A stretch of DNA of 64,000 nt from Candidatus Omnitrophota bacterium (GTDB lineage Bacteria > Omnitrophota > Gorgyraeia > S143-82), in contig WGBD01000001.1 in NCBI GenBank assembly GCA_015494465.1, forward strand, positions 180,477 through 244,476, given 5' to 3'. Under the pieces are notes generated by a model. The model was not told the origin of the DNA and ran no database searches. It saw nothing but the letters and a program-made list of their open reading frames with translations. Shown in pieces: positions 40,543 to 48,628 of the stretch. The translations under genes were made by a program, and so were the position numbers. Numbering within the stretch: the first letter of the stretch is position 1; each line of letters begins with the position of its first letter.

Positions 40543-41397
40543 TTAGACCTCCACCTTCCCCATGACCCTCATCGTAATCAATCCCAGTATCTGAGATACA
40601 ACCGCATATACCAAAAGCAATTGCCCAGTAGGATCTTTAAAGAATATGTCGAAGTGATGTGGATCTTGGTGGATGACGAACATCACAAAGAAAATCGGCA
40701 TAGCGCTTATAATCATCCCCTGCCAGCGCGCCTGAGCAGTCAAGACCTCTACCTTTCTCTGAAGCATCTTCTTTTCTCTGATCATCTGGGCCAAATTGGA
40801 AAAGATCTCCGTCACATTTCCCCCCGTATCCCTTGCTACGAGGACCGAGATAACCACGATGTCTACATCGTCGTTCCGTATGCGTGCCCTAAGCCGATTT
40901 AGCGCCTCTTCTAAAGGGATCCCCATCCTGAGTTGTTGGAGGATCAAGGCAAACTCTTCCCGGGTTGGGGACGGCATCTCTTCTACGACGACCTCAAAGG
41001 CCTGCCGTAAAGTTAGTCCTGCCTTTAAAGCTGACGACAATAGGGCCAAGGTATCCACGAGTTGATCAACAAACTGTTTTCTCCTTCGCTCTTCAAGGGC
41101 CCTTACCACGAACACAGGCAGGAGGGCCCCAACCGCTGCTCCTAGCAAAGCAAACAAGGGATTTGCAAAGAGAAAAAACACTATTATCCCGCCTCCGACC
41201 ATCGACAACACATATAGCATATTCAGGGTCTTTCGTTGTACGGGAAGGAGCATGCCCTCAAGAAGAGCCTCGGTCTGACGAATTTGGGCCTCCCGAACCC
41301 TAGAGTATCTATGCGCCACCCCCGGAACTAACAGCAGAGTAAGTGAGGCCACTGACCCGGCTATCAAAATGAGGATAACAATAAGAAAAGGATCCAT
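40543..41397 (-). CDS. tadB: Tad pilus assembly protein TadB (T2SSF family)
   Basis: FVDQLVDTLALLSSALKAG, EEF..GIPLEEAL, TGGNVTEI, LTAQARWQG. Confidence 0.9.
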   Translation of the reverse strand: MDPFLIVILILIAGSVASLTLLLVPGVAHRYSRVREAQIRQTEALLEGMLLPVQRKTLNMLYVLSMVGGGIIVFFLFANPLFALLGAAVGALLPVFVVRALEERRRKQFVDQLVDTLALLSSALKAGLTLRQAFEVVVEEMPSPTREEFALILQQLRMGIPLEEALNRLRARIRNDDVDIVVISVLVARDTGGNVTEIFSNLAQMIREKKMLQRKVEVLTAQARWQGMIISAMPIFFVMFVIHQDPHHFDIFFKDPTGQLLLVYAVVSQILGLITMRVMGKVEV

Positions 41398-41416
41398 CTC
41401 CCCCCTCCCCCCGGCG

Positions 41417-41659
41417 TTAATTATTGTTTATCCGAAGAACTCCTTTGGTAGGACCTCCACCTCCGGAAATATCATCCGCGCTAACTTCGCCAAAGACCGA
41501 GACCACCGCAGATCGATTGCGACCCAATAATATAGATTTAAACAAATTGGCCATGACTACGATACCCATTATTACCGCAACACTTAGTACCATGTATTCT
41601 ATAAAACTAAAACCTCTACGGTCGTTATCGTGCAACGATCTACTCTGCATCCTTACCAT
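41417..41659 (-). CDS. pilin-like protein (class III signal RRG|FSFIEY)
   Basis: Prepilin cleavage motif with Glu+5 and a hydrophobic helix; start placed at ATG 41659 after the upstream stop. Confidence 0.75.
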   Translation of the reverse strand: MVRMQSRSLHDNDRRGFSFIEYMVLSVAVIMGIVVMANLFKSILLGRNRSAVVSVFGEVSADDISGGGGPTKGVLRINNN

Positions 41660-41670
41660 AAACGCCGTCC

Positions 41671-43344
41671 TTAATTGCCTTGGATCCACCAATTGTTCGT
41701 AGTTGGACCTCTGTGCTTTTTTGCGTAATATCGAGCCCGGGTAGTAAAGCAATAGCCATTCCTGCAAGCCCTTACCCATACCACTTGCTTACAACGCTTC
41801 ACCTTTATCTTAACCTTGGTAAGTTTCTTCTTGACCTTTATCTTAGGCATCTTGAAACTCACTCTCACCTCAAGAGAGTGACGCCTCCCTAACTTATCCC
41901 TCCAAGAATATCTAAAATCATTACCCCCGACAGCATAACTTCCCTCACCAAATGCTTTCATAAGGAGGTCCCTATACTTATTTTCTATCTGGTTTATCCT
42001 GTCCATAAACCTATCCATAGAGCTGGAAAAGGCCATCAGACTAGCGATCAAACGCTCCTTGAGTTTGGTATACTGCCACTCAGTCATATATACATCTTCT
42101 CCCTTGCTGGTTCTCTCGTATATATCTCTAAGCATCTCTAAATAATTACTCCCATGTACGAACTTCTCTGCGTGGCTTCCTACCATTAAAGGACTTACCG
42201 TTGAATTAGAGACCACCTTTACGCGCCCATACCTGCGGATTTCCTTCCAACCACTCCCCGGTCCAAACGAACGAACTCGCTGAATACTATATGTACCTTT
42301 TAGATCACTATTTCTTATCGTGTCGACAGCGATATTAACGAAGCGCTTCATCCGCTCAAAATCCCGCGAGAACTGACCATCCTCGTCCTGCTCCTCAGGA
42401 TCCCAGTCTTTAATAACCTGCAGAGCCTGGACTGGGTCTACCTCTTTTTTAGCTAGGGCCCACATCAACCCCGCTAGGCTCATCTCTGGATTGGTTCCTG
42501 CCCCGCCATATAGTACCGCACGAAGGTAATCAAAGCTCGAGAGACTAAGAACGGGGTTGACTTCATCTTCGTCCGGCTCTATTGCTTCCGTATAATAAGC
42601 AGGCTGATCCATGTTAGTCCCTGCCAGCTTATCCCACAAGCTTAAGGCCTCAAGGAGATCTTCTATCCACCCTCCTTTACCAGGTGAACCAGCATACCCA
42701 GGCAAGCCGGAGTAATAATAGTAAGCCTTTATGATCTCTTTTCTCATTGATCCCAGAACGCCGTCTAATCCGCCATTATTATTACTCCCTGCGGATCCAT
42801 TTATAGCTGCCTCCAGGGCTTCGCTCAGTTGGGGAATAACTTCTGGATCAGCCAAGAGCTGTGCCACATAAGAGATAGTACTCCAACGAAGAACATCCCT
42901 CACGTTGGATAATCGTTTAAAGGCAGCCCTGAGCCTTTTGACAGCCGCATTCGTAACGACCTCATCCGCTACGAATGTAGCCAAACCTGTTGTTGAAATG
43001 GCTAAGGCCCAATTAAGACCTACTATGCCGAACCCCCCTAAGAAGCCACCTAATATAGACAGCCCTAGGCCTACAATAGCACCCCACCTCCTCTTTTTCT
43101 TCTTACACTTACACTTCAGATACTTACAAGCCAAGTAATGGGCATAACTGCCCACTATTGATCCCAAATACATCGCCCCTGCATCGGCGGCTATTTTGGC
43201 CTTGGTCTGGAAGTATTTTTTCTGGGCATAGAATATCCCTACAGAACCGAGAAAGAACATAACCGCCATAACTAACAGCAGTACAGCCGCTATCTGCCCA
43301 GTCTTCTTCTTCAAGCCATAGGGCATTATGTCACTTATCCTCAT
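41671..43344 (-). CDS. TadG-like large pseudopilin/adhesin
   Basis: KKKTG|QIAAV plus TM helix, then KAKIAADAGA (Tad N-terminal AADA motif); 557 aa. Confidence 0.75.
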   Translation of the reverse strand: MRISDIMPYGLKKKTGQIAAVLLLVMAVMFFLGSVGIFYAQKKYFQTKAKIAADAGAMYLGSIVGSYAHYLACKYLKCKCKKKKRRWGAIVGLGLSILGGFLGGFGIVGLNWALAISTTGLATFVADEVVTNAAVKRLRAAFKRLSNVRDVLRWSTISYVAQLLADPEVIPQLSEALEAAINGSAGSNNNGGLDGVLGSMRKEIIKAYYYYSGLPGYAGSPGKGGWIEDLLEALSLWDKLAGTNMDQPAYYTEAIEPDEDEVNPVLSLSSFDYLRAVLYGGAGTNPEMSLAGLMWALAKKEVDPVQALQVIKDWDPEEQDEDGQFSRDFERMKRFVNIAVDTIRNSDLKGTYSIQRVRSFGPGSGWKEIRRYGRVKVVSNSTVSPLMVGSHAEKFVHGSNYLEMLRDIYERTSKGEDVYMTEWQYTKLKERLIASLMAFSSSMDRFMDRINQIENKYRDLLMKAFGEGSYAVGGNDFRYSWRDKLGRRHSLEVRVSFKMPKIKVKKKLTKVKIKVKRCKQVVWVRACRNGYCFTTRARYYAKKHRGPTTNNWWIQGN

Positions 43345-43583
43345 CTCCGATCCTTCCTAAACTCATAAAAGGAAGAGCCCTTATAAGGCAAAGAAATCCT
43401 CGGCAAGCTACTCCCAGGAATCCGGCGATAAAAGATTAACCTGTACGCCCGAAAGCGCTTGTTCATATCAAACGACACCCAACTTATAAAAGAAACCATA
43501 GCGCTTACGAAAAGCGCCAATACTGCAACCGCTATTATGGTATCCAATAACACCTGTCCTTCGTTACCACGAGAAACTCTCAT
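43341..43583 (-). CDS. TadE-like pilin (G|QVLLD)
   Basis: Class III signal with Asp+5 and a TM helix; ATG 43583 behind GGAG. Confidence 0.7.
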   Translation of the reverse strand: MRVSRGNEGQVLLDTIIAVAVLALFVSAMVSFISWVSFDMNKRFRAYRLIFYRRIPGSSLPRISLPYKGSSFYEFRKDRR

Positions 43584-44523
43584 CTCCACTACTCCACTCG
43601 TAGCTTTTTGTGCCAGTCCTACTCTCCACATCCCTGTGAATCGTGTAGGGCCCTGTAATCCTCAGCCTCCCGTGGTCACCGTTCACTACAATCTCTGCAG
43701 AGCGTTTATCTCTTTCCACATAATTGTTCCTAAACAGACCCGATAAAGAGTCAAGATCACCCCGCCAGCTCTCGTGCTCAAGATAGTTTATGAGAGAAGA
43801 AATCTCCCCTGGCACATAAGAACCATAGGCAGAATAGAGGACATCCTTCAACTTTTGGAGTTGGTGCTGCCTTTCCCCTGGCGAAAGATTTGCAAAGCTC
43901 CTTTGCACTCCATCCCACTGCTCTAGCCAGTGCCTCACCCTCTGATATACATAACTATCTGCCCCAAAGTCATCCTCTATTCTTTCCAATATCTTCCCTT
44001 CGCGATTCGCTATCTCCTCGTCCGGGGACACGCTTAAAACCAAAAACTGCCCTTCTCTTCCCCGGAGATCGCTCGGCAGCAGTCCTGCTATATTGGGAGG
44101 AGGTAAACCTACTAATTGCCGAGATACATTTTTGCCATCCATGATTATCTTTACTAATGTGGCAGGTTGATCGGGATCGTCGTCGTGCTCCTTCCAGAAC
44201 ATATTCCATGACCAGATAGCACTTGCGGTATCTCTAATTTCACGATAAGCGGGGAAGAAAATATTCAACAGAGATGGGACCCTTCTGTGCTCTATAGCGA
44301 TTTGCATTACTGGTGCCCCTGTGGTCCCCGCGCTAGCGGCAAACTTAACGGTCTCCACAAAATTCCTAATCATCAAATCCTGACGATATACCAAAACAAG
44401 GACATACGAGACGAAAACCGAAGCGATCATCAGTATTATAGTGCCCCAGATAGACAGCTCTACTAAGGCCTGCCCCCCACACGGCTTTGTTCCTCGTACG
44501 GCTGGATCATATCGATGCCTCAT
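43564..44523 (-). CDS. TadE-like pilin with large C-terminal domain (G|QALVEL)
   Basis: Class III signal plus TM helix; ~320 aa; start ATG 44523 or GTG 44532. Confidence 0.75.
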   Translation of the reverse strand: MRHRYDPAVRGTKPCGGQALVELSIWGTIILMIASVFVSYVLVLVYRQDLMIRNFVETVKFAASAGTTGAPVMQIAIEHRRVPSLLNIFFPAYREIRDTASAIWSWNMFWKEHDDDPDQPATLVKIIMDGKNVSRQLVGLPPPNIAGLLPSDLRGREGQFLVLSVSPDEEIANREGKILERIEDDFGADSYVYQRVRHWLEQWDGVQRSFANLSPGERQHQLQKLKDVLYSAYGSYVPGEISSLINYLEHESWRGDLDSLSGLFRNNYVERDKRSAEIVVNGDHGRLRITGPYTIHRDVESRTGTKSYEWSSGDESFSW

Positions 44524-44875
44524 ATGTCTCACTCACCGTCTCCTTCACTTCTTCATTAGCACTTACATGTTCGAGAAGGTCAGAGCTAGCAGCTCCTTCG
44601 TTAACGGGAACAAAATTATGGTATGTAACGACATTCCTGGAGATAGTGCGCTTATATTGAACAGTTCCATCCTTTCCGAAGGGCTTATGTCCCAAACTGG
44701 AGATGAGGCTGTATATCCTGCCTGCAGAAGAGCGTTTCAGGTAAGGCATCATCAACATCACTGCTGCGGTTATCACCATTATAAGCACGGTAATCTCTAC
44801 CGCCGTCTGTCCTCCGCTGTCTCTTTCACATAGACTCTCTAATCGTATTGGATGTCGAAGAGGTAGTCTCAACAT
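44507..44875 (-). CDS. minor pilin (G|QTAVEI)
   Basis: Class III signal, TM helix, MMPYLKRS motif shared with neighbours. Confidence 0.75.
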   Translation of the reverse strand: MLRLPLRHPIRLESLCERDSGGQTAVEITVLIMVITAAVMLMMPYLKRSSAGRIYSLISSLGHKPFGKDGTVQYKRTISRNVVTYHNFVPVNEGAASSDLLEHVSANEEVKETVSETYEASI

Positions 44876-45146
44876 ATCTTGCGTGCCCTTCAGATATCTG
44901 GAACTTGCTTACGGTGGTTTGTTTCACTCCGGAAACGGTATTCTCGTTTATCGTGACCCCAATCTCTGCTTCGTCTATCGACTCAACTCGTTGAGTTTTC
45001 AATCCAACTGCCACGAACAGGTCCCTTATCTTTGCTTGTACACCGCGACGATAATAGGTCTGCATAGCAAATATCGCTCCCACAATCGCCAATACCAGGA
45101 CCGCGTACTCAGCTATGCTCTGTCCCGACTTTTCCCCTGCCCGCAT
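44826..45146 (-). CDS. minor pilin (G|QSIAEY)
   Basis: Class III signal, TM helix, MQTYYRRGVQA. Confidence 0.85.
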   Translation of the reverse strand: MRAGEKSGQSIAEYAVLVLAIVGAIFAMQTYYRRGVQAKIRDLFVAVGLKTQRVESIDEAEIGVTINENTVSGVKQTTVSKFQISEGHARYVETTSSTSNTIRESM

Positions 45147-45151
45147 TTATC

Positions 45152-45328
45152 CTATTCTCCTACCCTAATATCGGCGGTTTTGGAGATATCCCTAATCACA
45201 GCTGAAAACTTACCCCGAGCAGAATATAAAACCAAAATAAGGGCTGCGCAGACCGCCCCAACAAAGAGGGCATACTCAACTACTGCTTGCCCAGGAGATC
45301 GCCTACGCCATCTCTTACCAATTCGCAC
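45152..45328 (-). CDS. Flp-like pilin (G|QAVVEY)
   Basis: Class III signal with the Flp EY motif; start uncertain, GTG 45328 chosen. Confidence 0.75.
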   Translation of the reverse strand: MRIGKRWRRRSPGQAVVEYALFVGAVCAALILVLYSARGKFSAVIRDISKTADIRVGE

Positions 45329-45662
45329 CTTCGGTAATAGATTGTAAGTTGTCAACTTTGACCCCATTGTACCACTCCGTCTGATTGCTCTCGAAAGTAG
45401 TATAGTCTGTACGCTTCTCACCCCCACTGTAGGTCGTCTGGGTGGTTACAGACTCAGTATCAAATTCCTTGTGATATACAACCTGACTCTGACTTGCATC
45501 AGAGTAATCCCACAACTTACCTCCGCCTATCTTCTCGGCAGATTCCCGAGACTTTCCTTGAATAGCCCGCTTAAGATACCCCTGCATGAGGAAGATTGCC
45601 ACTGCGACTATCATGAATAGCACCACGACCTCTATAGTGGATTGCCCTTTTCTCATGGCCAT
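45315..45662 (-). CDS. minor pilin (G|QSTIEV)
   Basis: RKGQ signal, TM helix, MQGYLKRAIQG; RBS GGAGG. Confidence 0.85.
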   Translation of the reverse strand: MAMRKGQSTIEVVVLFMIVAVAIFLMQGYLKRAIQGKSRESAEKIGGGKLWDYSDASQSQVVYHKEFDTESVTTQTTYSGGEKRTDYTTFESNQTEWYNGVKVDNLQSITEGANW

Positions 45663-45691
45663 ACCTCCCTTTTCAGGTTATCCTGATCAGA

Positions 45692-46057
45692 TCAATAATT
45701 CCCGAGGGCATCGTCCCCTTCTTGGACTTCATAACTACCCGATTCGTATTCCACATGTGAAAACTGGTTGCTAAGGGCATTTATGTTCTTATCCAAAACT
45801 ACTTGGGAGTTCTGCACTACCTGTTGGTTTATGTTCTTCGTTTCGTAATAAGGCACATACTGAAACTTATCGCCTGCCCCCATACCCAAGGCATTTCGCA
45901 TCATATGTACCATACTATCTTTTTGCCTGGCCTGCAGTGCCCTCTTCACATATAACTGCATAGCCACCGCTGCACCGATGATTATGGCAAACAAGGTAGC
46001 GTATTCCGCTACGCTCTGCCCTCTTTTACTGGACAAGTTCATGAAAGCCATGGCCAA
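45692..46057 (-). CDS. minor pilin (G|QSVAEY)
   Basis: KRGQ signal, TM helix, MQLYVKRALQA; RBS GAGGAGG. Confidence 0.85.
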   Translation of the reverse strand: MAMAFMNLSSKRGQSVAEYATLFAIIIGAAVAMQLYVKRALQARQKDSMVHMMRNALGMGAGDKFQYVPYYETKNINQQVVQNSQVVLDKNINALSNQFSHVEYESGSYEVQEGDDALGNY

Positions 46058-46072
46058 CCTCCTCTTTAAGAA

Positions 46073-46240
46073 TTAGTTATTACTGCTAGGCGGACTAGTA
46101 TCCACCATTTTACTGAATAAAGCCATCCTGCCATTCACCGCCCGCATAGCGAACTGATACATCACCGTAAAGGCGGCGGCTACTATGAGGAATAAGACCA
46201 CATATTCTGCCATGCTTTGACCTATCTTCCCCACTCTCAT
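46073..46240 (-). CDS. small pilin, 55 aa (G|QSMAEY), not in ORF track
   Basis: Manual translation MRVGKIGQSMAEYVVLFLIVAAAFTVMYQFAMRAVNGRMALFSKMVDTSPPSSNN; ATGA overlap with the upstream gene. Confidence 0.85.
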   Translation of the reverse strand: MRVGKIGQSMAEYVVLFLIVAAAFTVMYQFAMRAVNGRMALFSKMVDTSPPSSNN

Positions 46241-46386
46241 GGGCACTTGCTCCCTTTGGTCAAGTCCGCGTGCACGCAGGAATCCATCTTAACAAAGAAC
46301 GAGGTTATTGCCCCAACCGCTGCTGCCACGAAGAGACTCATTATTATTGCGTATTCTAACAAGCTTTGCCCCTTAGACATATTCAT
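46237..46386 (-). CDS. small Flp-like pilin, 49 aa (G|QSLLEY), not in ORF track
   Basis: Manual translation MNMSKGQSLLEYAIIMSLFVAAAVGAITSFFVKMDSCVHADLTKGSKCP; ATGA overlaps at both ends. Confidence 0.85.
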   Translation of the reverse strand: MNMSKGQSLLEYAIIMSLFVAAAVGAITSFFVKMDSCVHADLTKGSKCP

Positions 46387-46721
46387 TGAAACAACTTCTC
46401 TTTGTTCAATACATCGAACTCTTTATCCTCGACTCGATTTTCTACATAATAATCGTACGTCTTTGTCTCCACACCTCCCTTGCTCATAGTGATGCTATAT
46501 TCTGCCTTCACATTCTGCACCACATTGAATTTTGTCACATGGTCCGGGCTAAATTGCTCACCCACACTATCTCCGCTTTCTTTTAATCGAGCCATTATAG
46601 CCCTTCTAACAAAGCGGTTCATGGTAAGCACAGCAGCAGCAACAATCATAATAAGCACCACTATCTCTATGGCAGATTGTCCCTTCCTTCTCAATGCTTT
46701 TTTTGAAGCCCTTCCAACCAT
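46383..46721 (-). CDS. minor pilin (G|QSAIEI)
   Basis: RRKGQ signal, TM helix, MNRFVRRAIMA, GEQFSP. Confidence 0.85.
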   Translation of the reverse strand: MVGRASKKALRRKGQSAIEIVVLIMIVAAAVLTMNRFVRRAIMARLKESGDSVGEQFSPDHVTKFNVVQNVKAEYSITMSKGGVETKTYDYYVENRVEDKEFDVLNKEKLFQ

Positions 46722-46747
46722 AGCTTCCTCCCCCTATCCTATTAAAC

Positions 46748-47122
46748 TTACAAAGTTTCGTTCCATCCCCAATCGCTTATATCGGTATTCCCTGCAACCC
46801 CAAGGGTGTTTTCATAACCACTGGTGATTTCCGTAACACTCTGGGTATGTGAAGCGGTCTTTCCTTCCCCGACGATGTTAACCCAACCACTCTGATTGCT
46901 CTTAGTAGTAAGTTGGGACTCTGTATAATACGGCTCGAACTGGACCGTTCCATCCAAGGTCCCATTTCCTGTGTTCACAAGGTGATTTAATACCACAAAG
47001 CGAATAGCCCCTTGCTGGCCCCTCTTTATGAAGATATTCATAGTAGTCACCGCAGCTACCACTAGGAGTATCAAGACTGCGTATTCCGCAGTGCTTTGTC
47101 CCTTTTTATCACTCAACTTCAT
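46748..47122 (-). CDS. minor pilin (G|QSTAEY)
   Basis: KKGQ signal, TM helix, MNIFIKRGQQG, QFEPYY; RBS AAGGAGGGG. Confidence 0.85.
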   Translation of the reverse strand: MKLSDKKGQSTAEYAVLILLVVAAVTTMNIFIKRGQQGAIRFVVLNHLVNTGNGTLDGTVQFEPYYTESQLTTKSNQSGWVNIVGEGKTASHTQSVTEITSGYENTLGVAGNTDISDWGWNETL

Positions 47123-47161
47123 GGCCTCCCCTCCTTAAACTCTCCACACTCTCAAACTCCC

Positions 47162-47332
47162 TTAATTCACCTGTATCTTCCCTATAGCCTTCGTCATGTT
47201 TTCGGTTAATCCGTTGTAACTGCTTTTGACTTTTGTCTCCAACTGGGCCTTCACTATTAATATAGCTGCGATGATGCCCGCCAAGATCAAGAGGTACTCC
47301 ACTATACTCTGTCCCCTTCTGCTCCTTTTCAT
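47162..47332 (-). CDS. flp: probable major Flp pilin, 56 aa (G|QSIVEY), not in ORF track
   Basis: Manual translation MKRSRRGQSIVEYLLILAGIIAAILIVKAQLETKVKSSYNGLTENMTKAIGKIQVN; strong RBS AGGAGGAGG; first gene after the promoter. Confidence 0.88.
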   Translation of the reverse strand: MKRSRRGQSIVEYLLILAGIIAAILIVKAQLETKVKSSYNGLTENMTKAIGKIQVN

Positions 47333-47480
47333 GTCCCTCCTCCTCTCGTTTTGGGTCCCATCTTACTATTGCCCAATGGGTTTTGGCCCTAATTTGAATC
47401 GATTAATTAATATTTTCAAATTTCCAAATTTTAACCGCGCAGAGAAAGAGCAAGCCTAAGCCTCTCAACTGCTTATTTCA

Positions 47481-47509
47481 AGTATAGACGCCATCCCTTG
47501 AGAAGTCAA
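47481..47509 (-). promoter_or_regulatory. sigma70-like promoter of the pilin-tad-giant gene cluster
   Basis: TTGACT-17 bp-TATACT, ~150 bp upstream of the first pilin. Confidence 0.7.
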
Positions 47510-47546
47510 ATTCGCCAGCGCCCCTAAACCTAAACACAACTTTAGT

Positions 47547-48545
47547 CTACCAGGATCGCCTCTCCCTGTCAATCACATCGTCTCCCAAGTACCGCCCTGG
47601 AATGAGGTAATTCTGTAAGTAATCCTTCACCGCCCCCCCTAAGGGAGTAATCTTTTCTAAAGAAAATCCTGCTTTCGCGAGTTTTCCCATCTCCGCACAG
47701 GTGTAGTTTTGATATTGACCTTTTAGGTCCTCCGGCATATCCACGAATTCTATCACCGGCTCCTTCCCTAGGGCGGAGAAGATCGCCTCTATGAGCTCTA
47801 ACCAGGTGTGCGGTCTTCCTGTGCCTACATTAAATATCCCCGAGGCTCCTTCTTCCGCTAGGAACCAGGTCATGGCCACCGCGTCCTTAACGTATATAAA
47901 ATCCCGCATCTGCCCACCGTCAGGGTAGCGGGGATCGGTCGACTTAAATAGGCGCACCTTTCCAGTAGCCCTTATCTGATCGTAGGCCTTGGCCACCATC
48001 GAACGCATGTCACCCTTGTGATATTCATTCGGGCCAAAGACATTGAAGTACTTTAAAACGGTTATCTTGTCCAACATCCCCGTGCGCCAGGCCCAGAGGT
48101 CGAAGAGGTGTTTGGAAAAGGCATAGCCGTTAAGCGGGCGCAACCGGGGGAGAAACCCATGATCGTCGATGAACCCACTCTCCCCCAAGCCATAGGTGGC
48201 TGCGGAAGAGGCGTGGACGAACCTTATTCCCCGTCTTAAGCACTCTTCACACAACTCCCGGGCAAAGCGATAGTTGTTCTCCAAGAGGTACTCAAAATCC
48301 GTCTCCCGGGTATCACTGCAGGCCCCCAAATTTATTACCAAATCAACCCTGTCGTCCTCCTTCAAGAAATCAAAGACTTCTCCTGGCGGGATCACATCCC
48401 TAAAAACGAGGCCACGGAGGTTCTTCCACTTCTCTGGCCTGCGGTGAAAGCTGTCAACGACGACTATCTCGTCTATCCCCTTGAGGTTCAAGTACCACAC
48501 AAGGGCACTACCTATGAACCCTGCTCCACCAGTGATTACTAGCAT
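47547..48545 (-). CDS. hldD: ADP-L-glycero-D-manno-heptose 6-epimerase
   Basis: TGGAGFIGS, GACSDT, ASSAATYG, PLNGYAFSK, YFNVFGPNEYHKGDMRS, RDFIYVKD, YQNYT. Confidence 0.93.
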   Translation of the reverse strand: MLVITGGAGFIGSALVWYLNLKGIDEIVVVDSFHRRPEKWKNLRGLVFRDVIPPGEVFDFLKEDDRVDLVINLGACSDTRETDFEYLLENNYRFARELCEECLRRGIRFVHASSAATYGLGESGFIDDHGFLPRLRPLNGYAFSKHLFDLWAWRTGMLDKITVLKYFNVFGPNEYHKGDMRSMVAKAYDQIRATGKVRLFKSTDPRYPDGGQMRDFIYVKDAVAMTWFLAEEGASGIFNVGTGRPHTWLELIEAIFSALGKEPVIEFVDMPEDLKGQYQNYTCAEMGKLAKAGFSLEKITPLGGAVKDYLQNYLIPGRYLGDDVIDRERRSW

Positions 48546-48565
48546 CTCCTCCTCCCGCTAACCTT

Positions 48566-48594
48566 TTGTTAAGGTAAAAACACAGTGATATAAT
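48566..48594 (+). promoter_or_regulatory. putative sigma70 promoter with extended -10
   Basis: TTGTTA-17 bp-TATAAT with TG at -15/-14, upstream of the plus-strand gene. Confidence 0.5.
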
Positions 48595-48628
48595 AACAGA
48601 CCACATCCAAAAAGGGAAGGAGTAGGCG

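Noticed and set aside
41417-47332. Pilin array as a CRISPR-like array, DGR target or recombinational silent-cassette system
   Set aside because: Similarity is only at the protein-motif level; no identical DNA repeats, reverse transcriptase or recombinase; each gene has its own start and signal peptide
47349-47390. Leader sequence AGGGCCAAAACCCATT...ATGGGACCCAAAAC resembling the P2 arm of a c-di-GMP-I riboswitch upstream of the first pilin
   Set aside because: Lacks the GNRA tetraloop and has no room for the second stem before the RBS; may be a simple hairpin or protein-binding site. An Infernal scan with the c-di-GMP-I model would settle it
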